Assembly: GCA_013265495.1 (NCBI GenBank)
Contig: MU058463.1
Location: forward strand, 1,945,523-2,009,522
Length of the DNA: 64,000 nucleotides
Direction: 5' to 3'
Source: Vicugna vicugna
Taxonomy: Eukaryota
In this document: piece by piece, positions 1 through 12,549 of the stretch
Layout: each line of letters starts with the position of its first letter
Numbering within the stretch: position 1 is the stretch's first letter
Translations under genes and position numbers: made by a program
The notes under the pieces: generated by a model
The model's input: the letters and a program-made list of their open reading frames with translations, nothing else
The model's database searches: none
Told to the model about the DNA's origin: nothing

Positions 1-1274
1 TATTTGCAGGATAATGTCTACTATTTCTCTTTATCCACGTTTTAAAAAGATATTCAGTAATAAAAGAATACACAGCAATGATCTCTGTTCCCATTCACAG
101 AAACAAAATATGCAGAGAGAATTGAAGCCCTTGGTTTACCCATTCCCTGATCGCATTACCTGCTCTTCCCCTCAGAAGGAACTGTTTATCCTATTTATCC
201 AAGTCTTAGCTCAAATTTGCCCACAACCTGTGGCAGGGAAACAGGAAAACACTGTAAATAGGTTTATAGTGGAAATTAGCTTCACTTTTCATTTTTTGCA
301 AAGCATGAACTTAAGTAAGATGGTGATGATTTCACATATTCTTCAGGAGATACTGGTTCTTTTTACCCTCCTGGAGAGATATATTTACCAAACTCACAAA
401 AAAGTTGGCCAAGAAGAGACAGACATGGTAGAAGCTTCAAAAACCCATGCCTTTCTGATTGTGTAAGAGACTTAGCCCCCTCCCTTGCACAGGCAGGTTG
501 TTGGCATTCTCCACGCATGGCCAAAGGCACCTTTCTGCCCTTTTCTAACTCTCTACCATTGTCCCAAAAAGGAGAGCAAGTCGGTAATAATGAGGCCCAC
601 AACTGTCCAGCCATTTCTCCAGAGCTGTGGTCTGTTAGTGGGGTGCTCACACACAGGACCAGGGCAAGATGAGCCATTAGGTTGTGGAGAAATGCCATTT
701 GAATCACCATTTAAATTTATTTTTATCTAAAGCTAAGAAGAAATAGATTAAATATTAGTATAAATATTAATAGAAATACATGTACAACTTACGAATAAAT
801 ACACATGGGTGCACACTCATAACTTTTTCAAAACTCATAAGACTTTTCAGTCAAAAAAGGTTGGAGACCACAGCTCCAAACAACTCACATTTACTATCTG
901 TGTGACCTAAGGAAAAAGCTTCAAGACATACTGTATGATTTAAATCACATTCAGGTAATGTTTATGTACTAATATATTTGGCAGGTGAAAATAAATTACT
1001 TTCTTTTGTACCCATGTCAAGTGGTATAGCTCTCTGAATTCTTAGTTCGGCTAAGCAAGTGACACCCTACATTCCTAATTAGTCACCTGCAGGCTCTAGC
1101 TCTTGCAATAGATTTAAAACACTGTTTTACCCTCAGTGCCAAAAGCCACGTGGAAGAACTAACTTTCCAGTACACTTTCCATCCTAAAGGCTTTTTGTTC
1201 ATTTGTTTTTGAGAATCAGAGGTTGAAATGTCTGGAAGAGTTTTTCAAGGATAGTCACACTAAAATTATAGTTA

Positions 1275-1445
1275 CTTATTCTTCAGATATTTACTGAGCA
1301 CCTACTATGATACACTGAGGATGCCAGGGTTAATAAATACTTACTTCGTGTTTGCTTTTTTCAAGTGCTAGGTAACAAGAATTAAGGGAGGGGCAAGGTA
1401 GCATTGGTGATTCCTGTCTTCATGGAGTTTACAAGCTAGTGGGAA
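1275..1445 (-). mobile_element. L2 LINE 3' fragment
   Basis: atatttactgagcacctactatg...cctgtcttcatggagtttacaagctagtggg resembles the reverse complement of the L2 3' end. Confidence 0.6.
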
Positions 1446-3554
1446 AAAAAGAGAAAAACTGAAATAAAATGGAGAAAGTGATTTAAGAAAGATACGAGCA
1501 AAGCCTTGTAGGTGGTTTCTCCATGCCCTCCACTCTCTGCTCCTTTCAGATTTCCTCTCCTGTGTCCACTGCTCCAAAATAAAGATTGCTAGTCTTGTTC
1601 TTATTTGCTCGTATCTTGGGGGGGGTGGTCCCTAAGTATTCCTGGCCTTAACCTCCCACCCCAACTTCCTCTGTATGTATTGGACATGACCAGCCTCATT
1701 TAGGTGACAACAGGTTAGAGTGAGTCTCCTTGGATTGATACTGGCTCCTCTGAAGTTTTTCCCCAAATATAATGGTGTGACCCAACAGAAATGAGATGTC
1801 CACAGAAAGTCTTGCAAAAAGGAAGCCAGGGGCAGGAGCTGGGAGCACCCAAGCAAGCTCGAGGAGAAGGGTTTTTATGAGGTTGGCTTTTGAGGGAGGC
1901 ATAAATTATGTCACAGGGAGCAGCCAACTCTGAAAGTTGCACGTGGGAAACCCTGTGGGTCCTGCTTCTGCTGGATATTTCCTTTGACCTGAACGATTCT
2001 TAAATTCTTCAAAGTAATAAACATCTTAAACTCATGTGTTGGTTCTTAGACTGGGAGCCTCTTTGAGGGCCACAGCCACTTCCTTCGGATTTTTTAAGTT
2101 TGTCTTCTTCCTCAATGGCACAAGGCTCTGTGCGAAGCAAGCACTTCTTCCTTCCAGAAACAGTTATTTGATACTGCCTCCAACAGGGCCTGGTGACAGT
2201 GATGGGGAGGACACCACGGCGTGTGCACAAAGCAATAACATGCCATTCTGACCAAGGGGAGGAGGATTATGTTATCTCCCTCGTACAAACACGTGGACAT
2301 GTTGTGAGCATTTGGTACTTTTAAGAATGACGTTTAGATATGGCTTTCAGCCCCATATCATGCAGCCCCGACAAATACATTGTGTCAATATAATATCGTC
2401 ATGTCTCCGTCCCACATCATCAGTCACAGCCTTATCTGTGTGAGGCAGTCTCCATTTCAAAGCATTTAGGAGACTCTCTGGTGGGCAGTGAGTTCAGAAG
2501 AGCAGAGAATAGCTGCACATTTCCTAGAGTCGCTGGTTTATTTTGCGGGAATGCTGATGCTCATGCTCATGATGATAATGATAAGGTCCCCAGCTGTCTG
2601 TTGAAATTCCTTTCTGGGAAACAGCTGGAGATTCATTCTCTAAAGATCGCATCTGGCTTGATTTGCCAGCACTCAAATCCCATTGATCTGGTTCTGTTCT
2701 AGCCCTCTGTACTCAACAGTTCAAAGAGCAGGGAGGCCTGTAAAGAAATTACTGCCATATTGTTCAATCGGCCACAGTGAGCAATATATACGATTATAAT
2801 TAGGAACACATTAAGGGAAGCAGCTCAGTGGAGATAAGCTGCTTGACGGCATACGCTTTTTGATGAGGGCTTAGCGCCAATCCGAGAAGAAAAAGATTAA
2901 ATGTTTGTTACCAATCCTTTTGAACTTGTGGCAGAACATGTGGTAAAGCATTTTTGATTCAAATTAAAAGCATCCTAGGATAAAAATAACCCTGTTCTCC
3001 CAGGCCTTTCCAAGTGAAACCATTTGGAGGCTGATTTATTGTATCGCCCTTAACCCCTTTCCACCAGCGTGATTAACGTAAGCATTTCTGAATCCCATGT
3101 AAGCCCGGACAGGTATTTGTCTTGTTACACATCTGTGGAACAAATGGCAATACAAATTAGACACTCAGCAGATGTAAGTTTTCAAAGGCCCGGCAAATTT
3201 AATTTGACTGTGCATGTAAATAAAAAGTTCATTGAGCACCGAGGTCAGGGATGTGGGTTATAGGTAGAGGGTATGGTTGCTTCAAATGTCACCAAAAGGC
3301 CAGCCAGTCAGGTACCCTGAAGAAGAGGCTTCCCAAACCACGCAGAGGAAAATGCAGGCTGCAGTGGCAACACCAGGGAACCAGGCCCGGGGCGGGCCGA
3401 AAAAGAAAACGCCTGGTTGGACCACATCGTCAAGAAGGGCTTTCCATGGTCATTGGGAAGGAAAAAAGACCAGATGACCATGCCAGATATTCTAAGCTTC
3501 CATGTCCAGAGAAGCATAGTTTACTGGTTTCCTCTGGGAATGGAGAATAGAAAG

Positions 3555-3660
3555 TTTGTTTCAGATTCAGGCTCTTACTTCCTCTGTGGCCTTGGGCAAG
3601 TCTCTAAACCTCTCTGTGCCTGTTAACTTGTAAAATTGGGATGTTGGTGTTTACCCACTG
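3555..3660 (+). mobile_element. MIR SINE fragment
   Basis: tgtggccttgggcaagtctctaaacctctctgtgcc matches the MIR core. Confidence 0.7.
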
Positions 3661-3918
3661 CCAGGAATCTAAGTTTCTGAACATCCTTCTGAAGTGATTT
3701 TTGACTTATTGAAAATGACCCTCTATATTCTCCATTTCACGAATCGGAAAAGTTTGTCACTACATGACAATATCTGCCAAAGGAATACATTAAGTTGATT
3801 TTAATTATATCATGTGTTATTTTCATTTCTGTCAATGGTGAAGTTCCTAGAGGTGAAGGAAAAGTCAACTACAATATTTCTGCACATTTTCTCACCAAAT
3901 TTCCACCCCACCCAAGAT

Positions 3919-3963
3919 ACGCACACACACAGACACGTGCACACACACACACGTGCACACACA
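3919..3963. repeat. interrupted (CA)n microsatellite
   Basis: acgcacacacacagacacgtgcacacacacacacgtgcacacaca seen directly. Confidence 0.85.
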
Positions 3964-4230
3964 ATTTCCTCTTCCCATTGCAAATTCTGAGGACTTCTTC
4001 CCTATATAATTGCCTCTTTAGTCAAGGAAGATGGGACGTATGACTCCACAGTCATGTGAGAATAACTCACTGTCTCCCTCCTAAATGGCAAAGTTAAACA
4101 GAGCCAGGGACATCTTTCAGTTAAAAGCGATATAAATGAAAATGAAAATGCATTAACAACTTTTACAGCCGATAGCTAGGTAACCACAGGGCCCTTCCTG
4201 TGAGTACCTTTACATCATGTATTTTTCAGG

Positions 4231-4362
4231 TCTGCCTTTCCCATTAAACCTTGAGTTCCCTGAGGTCAGAGACAACATCTTATTCGCATCCTTTTTCCTG
4301 GAATATTCCGTAGTGTCTGAGTCATACTAGGCATCTGTCACACATTTACTGAATTCAACTGA
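4231..4362 (+). mobile_element. L2 LINE 3' end fragment
   Basis: ccttgagttccctgaggtcagagacaacatcttattc...catttactgaatt resembles the L2 3' terminus. Confidence 0.6.
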
Positions 4363-5499
4363 CAAAGTGATTTGGAACAAGAATATTCATAAAAATATAT
4401 TCTGCACTACTTACAGTACTGAGGTTGAATCTTATTTTCAAAGTGAATTAGTGAAATTCCATTTTTACCTAGGTATTTCTAGCCAGAATACATAGCTCTT
4501 TTGTTGCTGAAAAAGATGACATAAAAGCATAAATATCCTATTTATTCTGGGTCATAGCAACCTTGCTCAAATGGAATGTTTACCTATATGATTTTTTTTA
4601 ATCATGTGAAGAACTTTACTAACATCCCAGATAAATGTTGCTATTTGATTATAACCTGACGAGGTGACTTTGAATCTTGATTTTTCTACCTGTCATGGAA
4701 TTACTGCTTAGTGCTCCATGTCATCTGGGAACATGATAATCCTGTCCTCAATGTTATCACCCAAGAATTCGATAAAATTTTTAAATCCATGGTCAAGGGG
4801 AAAATTCAGAGGTACAAAAATAACATCATTTAACTAATTGGAATTTAGGCTTTTCATCAGCAGTTATGGTCTCATCCAGCCTGCCTTTCTTTGATATAGG
4901 CAAGGATATTCCATTACTTTTTCAAATCTTTGCCAACAAAAATACATTTCAAGTCTACTGTAGTTGTGAATCTACTGTTACTATGACATCAGTCTCAGAG
5001 CTGATACCAACTGTACAACTGAGCTATAAAATCATGAAGACCAACGTGATCAAAACTCATGGACAGAAAGAAGAACGCCAGCCAACTCGTGCCCACATGA
5101 CTGCACACCTTCACACTCCTGTCTTCACTGACAGTGACAGGGGCATCTCCATCCTGCTCATAGTCACAGAACAGATGGCCTGTGCCATGGCTCCCTCACA
5201 CTTCCTTCCCTTGGGTTGTTTGTGCTGTGAATCCTCTACTTTACATTCATGTGTTGTAATGCCTTCCTTTTCCTCTGAATGTCAGGTAATTGCCACAAAA
5301 TGCCTGTAACTGGTAACTTGGATTTTGAGAACCACCCCTTGAGATATTTTAAGATTTATTACACAATCTACAACAGAAATTCCAGGAGTTACGGAGTTAC
5401 CATCAGGCAGATTGTGGTGCCAGACTATGAATTAATTGATACATTTTCTATCAGTTTTAAGTGAAAAAAAAACACAACAGAGAATTAAGTGAGAGAATT

Positions 5500-6720
5500 T
5501 CAGTATATATGAGAATTTAATAAAGACTAAGTAATAGTTTAACTCATTGGGGAAAAGACGGATTATTTAATCATTAGCAATGACGTAGAGAAAGAAAGTC
5601 AATCTTGTAGCATTTAATTCAGGAGGACTAAAGACAACCGTAAATGATATGCTGATAAAAAAATTTTTGAAGAAGATCTAAAAGATATCATTTACAATTT
5701 TAAGCAACACAGGAAACCAGGAAGTTGTAAAAGAAGGACATGTTGTACCTTAGAAAACAATCAGCAAAAAATATCATTACACAGAGTCAAAGGACTAACT
5801 TAGAATAGGAAAACATACTTCCCAATCAAATACTAAAGGGCAAATATATAATGTTCATTATGAGAGATGCATAGATAGACAGGTGATAGATATTATGAAT
5901 AAAAGAGAAAAGGACTGTTGAGTTATAGGCATGGGATGGTTGTAAGCAGTTCATGAAAGAGCAAATCCAAATAACTAACCATTGCATGAAAAGATGCTCA
6001 GTTTCACTAGCAGTCCAGGCTGTGAAATGTAATTGGACAAAAAAACCCAACACTTTCTCAATTTGCCCTTAAACTGGTAAACGTTAGAAATAAGAACACT
6101 TGTTACAGATTTAGATAAAAGAAAATAATATGATATGAATAAAAGAAGGGACCTCCCCCCCCCACCCCACTTTACCCCTAGTGCTGGAAATGTGAAGTGT
6201 GGAAAAATCTATTAAGTTAAAAATACTCTTCAATCCAAAATTTCCACTTTGGTCATCCTATATAAGTATCTCATGTAACATTGTTTGAATTTATTTCATA
6301 TAGGATTGCTTCAAGTGGTTAAAAGAAGAGTGGACACAATGAAAGCCTGCTTAGAAGTGAATGGCTGAATCCACGTGCTACACCCCTACTGTGGAATGTT
6401 ATGCAGCCACTAGAGATAAGACAATACCAATAGACCGTTTGGCAGATAATAATGCGGCATTGATAAATAAGCAAGTAAATTACAGAAAAGGTTTATGATA
6501 CGATCTCTTGTTTATTAAAAAAAAATCCCCATTATGCATGTGCATATGTGTGTATGTCTGTGTATGTGTATTGTATATATATTTTGTGTACATGTATACT
6601 ATTGTTTGCAATTACATGAATATGGTAAGATAGATAAAAGATGAATATGTTGTTTTTATGGGTCACTGGATGGGGGAACAGGATATGAGAAGAGAGAAAA
6701 GGATCACAAATTGAAACAAT
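5500..6720 (+). mobile_element. ancient L1 (L1M/L1ME-like) ORF2-end/3'UTR remnant
   Basis: A-rich; catgaaaagatgctcagtttcactag and gtggaatgttatgcagccac resemble conserved L1 3' motifs. Confidence 0.7.
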
Positions 6721-7329
6721 GTATAATAGTTCTACACTAAAAATCTCTAGCTTATAGACAGGTATACATGTACATATCATGTTCATACATTATGCAAAAT
6801 AATACACATGTTGTTAAAGAAATGTTTGAGATTCATGAAAAGGGACTAAGCGTAGAAATTGTGCGAACAAGTCAAAATGCTACTACTAACAAGTTCAAAC
6901 TACTGAAATTACAAATTAAATCAATCAAATAACTTCTGACACTAACAGTACCTATGTCAGCTCTCCTTATTCACCACTTTAGAGATTACCAAGTGCTCCC
7001 CCGTGAATTGTCTTACATGAAACTCTCAACCCTGCCTATGATTCAACATAAGGATGAAAAACAGCAAACATCACTGTCATGAATTGCAACTTGTATCCAA
7101 ATTTGCAAATTTAGTTTAAGAAGTCGATATGTTTTCAGGTCAGATTTTAAAGTCATCTACTAAAAGAAATGTTTAAATTGTAAACTTTTATTCAAAATTC
7201 CCTGTCATCTTATAAGGCCACAAAATCTAAATGATGCTGAAAGCCAACTATAAAAAAGAACGCTTAGAGGCAAGAGGCTGCGCCTGAGAATTTCAGCATT
7301 CTACCCATGGAGCTGCGGGCACTGACATT

Positions 7330-7556
7330 CTTCTAAAAAGACCCAGCTGAGCTGAGAATGAAGACTCACAGCTTCTCATCTTGGCTTTGCTGAGAACTTG
7401 CAATGTGACTTTGAGTAAATCACTTGACCTTTCTGAGCTTCTGAGTCCCTGGAGGTAATAATCCCGGCCTTATCTCCCTCATTGTTTCAAAAATGAAATG
7501 AGATGGATGATTTATGTGAAAGCACTTTGAATAGTAAAATGTGCCATATTATTATT
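7330..7556 (+). mobile_element. MIR/MIR3 SINE
   Basis: tgtgactttgagtaaatcacttgacctttctgagc core and atgtgaaagcactttg tail. Confidence 0.65.
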
Positions 7557-8654
7557 CAAACAAGGCATTATCCTCTCAAACCTACTTAGAAGGAGGTTGT
7601 AAATGAAATACTGCATATTAATGTGATCCTGGGCTTCAGAGAACTTGGATTCTCTGGGCACCATTACAGGCTCGGCTATTTTTCAGCGCAGCATAAATTA
7701 TGTGCTCCAAACAAGCCTTCAATGCCCCTCGGAAGCCTGAGAGACGGGTGTGAGGCTGCTCAGTGCCCCCAGAATAGGTACCACTGAAGGGAAAGGAAGC
7801 GCGTTTAAGAAAACAGTGAGCAGGCTCTGCCTGCCAAGTCGGGGCTCGAGCTGCAGTTTCTCATGTGCACGGGTGTTGAGAATAAAGGAAGCATGTCTAA
7901 AAACCCAAGTCTAGGCAGGGATTTCCATACCCTCTGGGTATTTTACCGAGTTACTATAATAGACGCATGTCCGTGCCTAAGTGTGAATATACACAAACAT
8001 GACATTATAAAAGCAGATGGCTTTGCCACGTTACACACCCAATTCATGAAATAGCACCAGTTCCACAAACCTTATTTGCTATTGTAACTGGGTCCTTTTG
8101 CAAGCCTGTTCTGTGTTTCTGACCCTCGAGTCATTTACCCATTTGGTGCCATTCTGGGTATTCACAAAGTGCTTTTTTACCCCCTACAACTGTATGTGTA
8201 GATTGCATCTCAGAATTATTTTCCTACGTACACATCTGAGAAACGCCTGAATAGTTTGTTATTGCTGTTGTCATTTTTTTTTTTAAATGAGAGCTTTGGA
8301 AGGAGGCAAGACTTCAAAAGATTTGGTCAGAGATTTTTCTCAATCTGGGGACCCTGACTCAATCTGGGAATTCTCACTGGCATTTTTATTAGAAGCATCG
8401 AATCTGTTCATGACCTGTGAGGTGTCAGAGGGTGAGATCTTTAGAACAAGGTTCCTCTTGTGTGTCCAAGTGTGGGCCTTGGGCCTTATTCTCCCCAGAA
8501 ACCCGTAAAAGTCAGAGCCACACACTGCTGGGCACACACTAAAAAAGCCTTGTTCCTGGTGGCCAGAGCCCTTGGGGCTGTTATTCCTCACTCCGCAGGG
8601 CTCCTGGGAGCACTTATCACTGTCAAGAAACAGTTTTTCTCCATGCCACAGCTT

Positions 8655-8900
8655 CGTGGTGAAGAGTCAGCATTAAAGGGTCTGACAGAGTCGAACTGAC
8701 ATTCCAGATCAACCACTTAACGTGAGATTGGGCGTGTTGTTTCTAACCCTCTGTAATTCTGTTTCTTCATCTGGCAAATGAACATAATAGTTTCTTACTA
8801 AAAGGATGGTGGTGAGGATTAAATGAGATGGTGCCTGCAAAGGGTTTAGGACAATACTGGGTACATAATAAGCACTCAACCAACAGCAACTGGTAGTTTC
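8655..8900 (+). mobile_element. MIR SINE
   Basis: gtttcttcatctggcaaatg...gtgaggattaaatgaga...ataataagcactcaa. Confidence 0.8.
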
Positions 8901-9297
8901 AGCAAAACAGCAGGCATCGCCAGTAACACTCACGGCTGCAGCAGTAGGAAAAGTGCACAGTGAGGGAGAGACCTAAGCTCTTCAAAAGAGAAAAATAAAT
9001 TTACATTCTCTAAACTCTAAACTCACACATTCACTAGTAGAAGTGTGACTACGCAGACATCTTTCTTGTTTGTAAATCACAGGTCAAGCTACATAAAATG
9101 TGCACAAGGAAACCAGGAAGAGGGAGTCTCCACTCTCTTGGGTGACATTTGAACAGCTCCATGGCAAAGCAAGAAAGGAAAAATAAACCTTAAATACTTA
9201 GCACATTGGAAGCATTAGCATTTGCAGCTTGAGGCGTACATGATGTGACAAAACACTGAATTAATGCCATCCTATTCCTTTTTCCCACTGATCTTAC

Positions 9298-9360
9298 CTT
9301 CTTGTCCTTGGTCCCTCCTGAGGTTCTGCCACGAATCTTGTGCAACCTGCCTCCTTCTGA
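9298..9360 (-). other. candidate internal exon (63 nt) of a minus-strand transcript; coding status unknown
   Basis: minus strand: branch-like ACTAAT, tract ttctgtatgtctctctttcattatcttcacAG, purine-rich exon, donor AAG|GTAAGA; open in all three frames. Confidence 0.5.
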
Positions 9361-9499
9361 CTGTGAAGATAATGAAAGAGAGACATACAGAAATTAGTCC
9401 TTTGGGGAAACGTGGAGACCTCGATTTGTTACAAAATAAGCTTATTTTCACCAAGATTCATTGTGCTATGTGTCCAGAGTGAGTTACTGATACTCACGT

Positions 9500-9800
9500 T
9501 CAGGTCCTTACAACTGCGCATATGGCCTATCTTTACTATGCATTAATGCGGTTTATCAATTCCTCTCTATCCTAAGCCGTCTGCACATTGCTGCCAGAAA
9601 TATCTTCCTGAAATAATACTTGGATCACATTTCCCATTCAAAAGTTCTAGTGGTTTCTCCGTCCCTTCGGGAAAAAGTCCAAGCTCTTAGCCCTCAAGGT
9701 CTTTCAAAGCCAGAAGTCCAATGGTTTCCGGTGCCCACATCTCTCCTGGTCTCTTTCCACCAGCCTACTCACTCTCCTTTTCCGCCTTTGAACTCCTGTC
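9500..9800 (+). mobile_element. L2 LINE fragment
   Basis: cacattgctgccagaaatatcttcctgaaa...aaagtccaagctcttagcc typical of L2. Confidence 0.65.
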
Positions 9801-10073
9801 TTCCTTTATGTAGAGAATGGTTCAATTCACCTTTGGCCGCTAAACTCATATTCTTCTTCACTTCCGACTTTAGCTTCTACTTTTTCTTCAACTCTCCTCT
9901 GAACCATCTTTGTGATTGCCTCTTTCCTCCTCTGGCCTTAATCAGGTGTCTTGTCTTTACTTCCCAAATGGTGTAATATGAGCAATCTGATATCAAAGCT
10001 ATTTGCATACAGAATCTCTGCAAATGGATTACCAACGTGAGCGGCACCACGCCCACACCTTAGACTATTCCGG

Positions 10074-10272
10074 CAGCGCTTCCAGGGAGAACTCTCTGTG
10101 ATGACGCACACGGTTTTCATCCACGCTGTCCAAGATGGCAGCTTCTGGTCACACGTGGCTACCAAGCACATGAAATGTGGCCACTGCAACCCAGGAACTG
10201 AACTTTACTTCAATTCATTAAAATTCAAATTTAAAGTCCCAGATGACTACTAGTAGTTGCATATTGGACTAG
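10074..10272 (+). mobile_element. MER3-like hAT-Charlie MITE
   Basis: cgctgtccaagatggcagc...cacgtggctaccaagcacatgaaatgtggcc...aggaactgaac...atattggac follows the MER3 consensus as recalled. Confidence 0.75.
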
Positions 10273-10617
10273 ACTCTCCACAAATGTCTCTTACTTTGCA
10301 GCTAATTCAACAAATATCTGTTGACAGAAATCTGTAAAATGCCCTCGTGTCATGACATGACCCTCAAACCGCCTTCTAGCTCATCCCTATTTTCTATCTC
10401 TTTCTTTCTACAGCCTGTGGCCACTTCCTAATCCCCCCAAACCCTTCTGATGGCCTTGCTGACAACAGCCGCAGGATGGAATTCAAATGTTTACTAGAAC
10501 ATGGTCTGTTTCCAGCCCTCTAAGGCTAGGAGGTGAACCCTGAGCCTGCTGATAATGGAGCACTTTGAGAGCAAACTCTTTCTGTGGGCTCGCCTCAACA
10601 CTCAAGGGCCAGTGTGC

Positions 10618-10659
10618 CAAAGCCTGCATGTCAAAGCCTGCATGTCAAATCCTACATGC
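10618..10659. repeat. 14-bp tandem repeat x3 (CAAAGCCTGCATGT)
   Basis: two perfect units at 10618 and 10632, one degenerate unit at 10646. Confidence 0.85.
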
Positions 10660-10777
10660 GACGTGAGACTTTCTAGAAAGTGTCCTATCACTTTGGGTCA
10701 TTATTGCCCTGCTATTCAAATTCAGGAAAAGCTTAAATCTTAATTTCCCATAGCTGAAACATGATTAACTCCAGGTT

Positions 10778-10860
10778 TATATATATATATATATACACAC
10801 ATACATACATACACACACACACACACATATATATATATACATACACACACATATATATAT
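10778..10860. repeat. compound (TA)n/(CA)n microsatellite
   Basis: seen directly. Confidence 0.95.
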
Positions 10861-12507
10861 GTTTAATTTGCAGCAAATAATCTCATATTTTTGTGCATTC
10901 ACTTGTACAAATGGAACAACATTTTGTTTGCAATTTGAAGATTTTTAAATAATGTAAACACTGTTTTCAGCAATGTTGAAGAAAAACTAGGAAATTCTTT
11001 CTCTCAAACAACTTGGAAAGTGCTAAGCTTCATTGAGAAATAACTCCAAAGAGAATTTTAAAGGACAATGGACCTTAGACATTGATGAACTCAGTGGACC
11101 CACTCTACACTCAGTAAATATAATCATGGCCATTCAGAATTGTCTTTATAAAGCTATTAGTAAATTTTTGCCTACAGCAGAGATAACTGGAAATATATTC
11201 TATTTCTGCAGCACTCTGCATTAATTAACAGAATCCTAGTTTATTGGACTATTAAAATGTCTTTTATTTAAAGTAAGCAAATTAAACCAGATCACTTCAT
11301 TTTATGAACATAAAAAGTAAAATGTTGTTTTCATTATTCACTATGTAGTAGTCATTTAGAATAAGGTAATGTAGTAACATCTGTCTCATACCAAAAAAAA
11401 AAAACAACGTCTATAAGAAAAAGAAACATTTACTTATTTGCCTTGTGTTTTTATTAGACACTGAGCTGTGCAGATGTCACTTTCCATGAATAATTCACCC
11501 CAGGATTTCGCCCAACTCCTTACTAGCTTCTGTCTCTCAGAAGATATTTAAAATTGCATCACGCCTTGACCTAGCATGTTCACACACACGTGCAAAAACG
11601 TAGTATTGGATGGAATTAACTATTTCATAGTACAACCTAAGTCTCAGAAGACATTTTTTTACTAAGTTTGTATCATCCGATAAATACTTTTCATAGAAAA
11701 ATTAGCAAACAGTCCATTATGTACTTTCCATTCCCGAATAATCTTTGATTTCCATTTACACTGAATCGTGCAACCTGTTGTGCCACACAGAGATTATACA
11801 GTTTGACTGCAAATTCCCAATTTCACTATCAAAAGGAATACAAATTGGCCTCCAAGATACTGAGAGTGAAATGTACTCACTGTCACTTGATGATTTTCCT
11901 AGCTCTAAATGTATTAGACTATTAGAAGAGACATTTCTCACAGCCAGATTACTTACACAGCATACTTAAATATATGCAATGTTGTTATCTTTGAACTCAC
12001 ACAGTAACCAAGCTAAGCCACATGATGTTACCAGGATAGATCTCAGATAAAGTTATGCAGTGCTCTCTGGTATAGAGAACGGTGTGCACAGACTGAATGC
12101 AGTTTGTACGGAGTGCCCTAGTGAAAATCTTCCTTAGTTGTCCCACCTCTAAAATCTCCCTGCGCTCATCTCCCTGCCTTGGTTTTCCTCACTAATGTGC
12201 TTAGAGCCCCTTTCTATACAAAAATACATTAGTCCTCTCTGGCTCATTTTTTGACTTTGGTATATTTATCTCCGATTACAAATAAGTGGCATCTGTTTTC
12301 TTACGATACGACATGGAACTAGGAATTTTTGTTGTTGTTCCATTTTGGTTTAAATTTCTCAGTTTAGCCTCCTGGAAAATCAGTTGTTCTGAGACACAGA
12401 TATTTTGTACTTCCGAAATGCCAGCGTCTGTGTAACCTGTTGGACGGATGGCTGAAGGGTTCATGTGCTGGGCAGAAGAACCTGTTCTGGACTTCTGGGA
12501 CACTCAC

Positions 12508-12549
12508 ATTTTCGAAGAGCATGTTCACAATCTTAACAACTTTCTCCAC
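12508..12549 (-). other. candidate internal exon (42 nt, phase 0-0, VEKVVKIVNMLFEN)
   Basis: minus strand gtgcttcAG|GTGGAG...GAAAAT|GTGAGT; the polypyrimidine tract is weak. Confidence 0.25.

Noticed and set aside
14..466. Longest ORF in the track (150 aa, plus strand)
   Set aside because: No recognisable domain, composition typical of AT-rich non-coding DNA, and no supporting splice or promoter context
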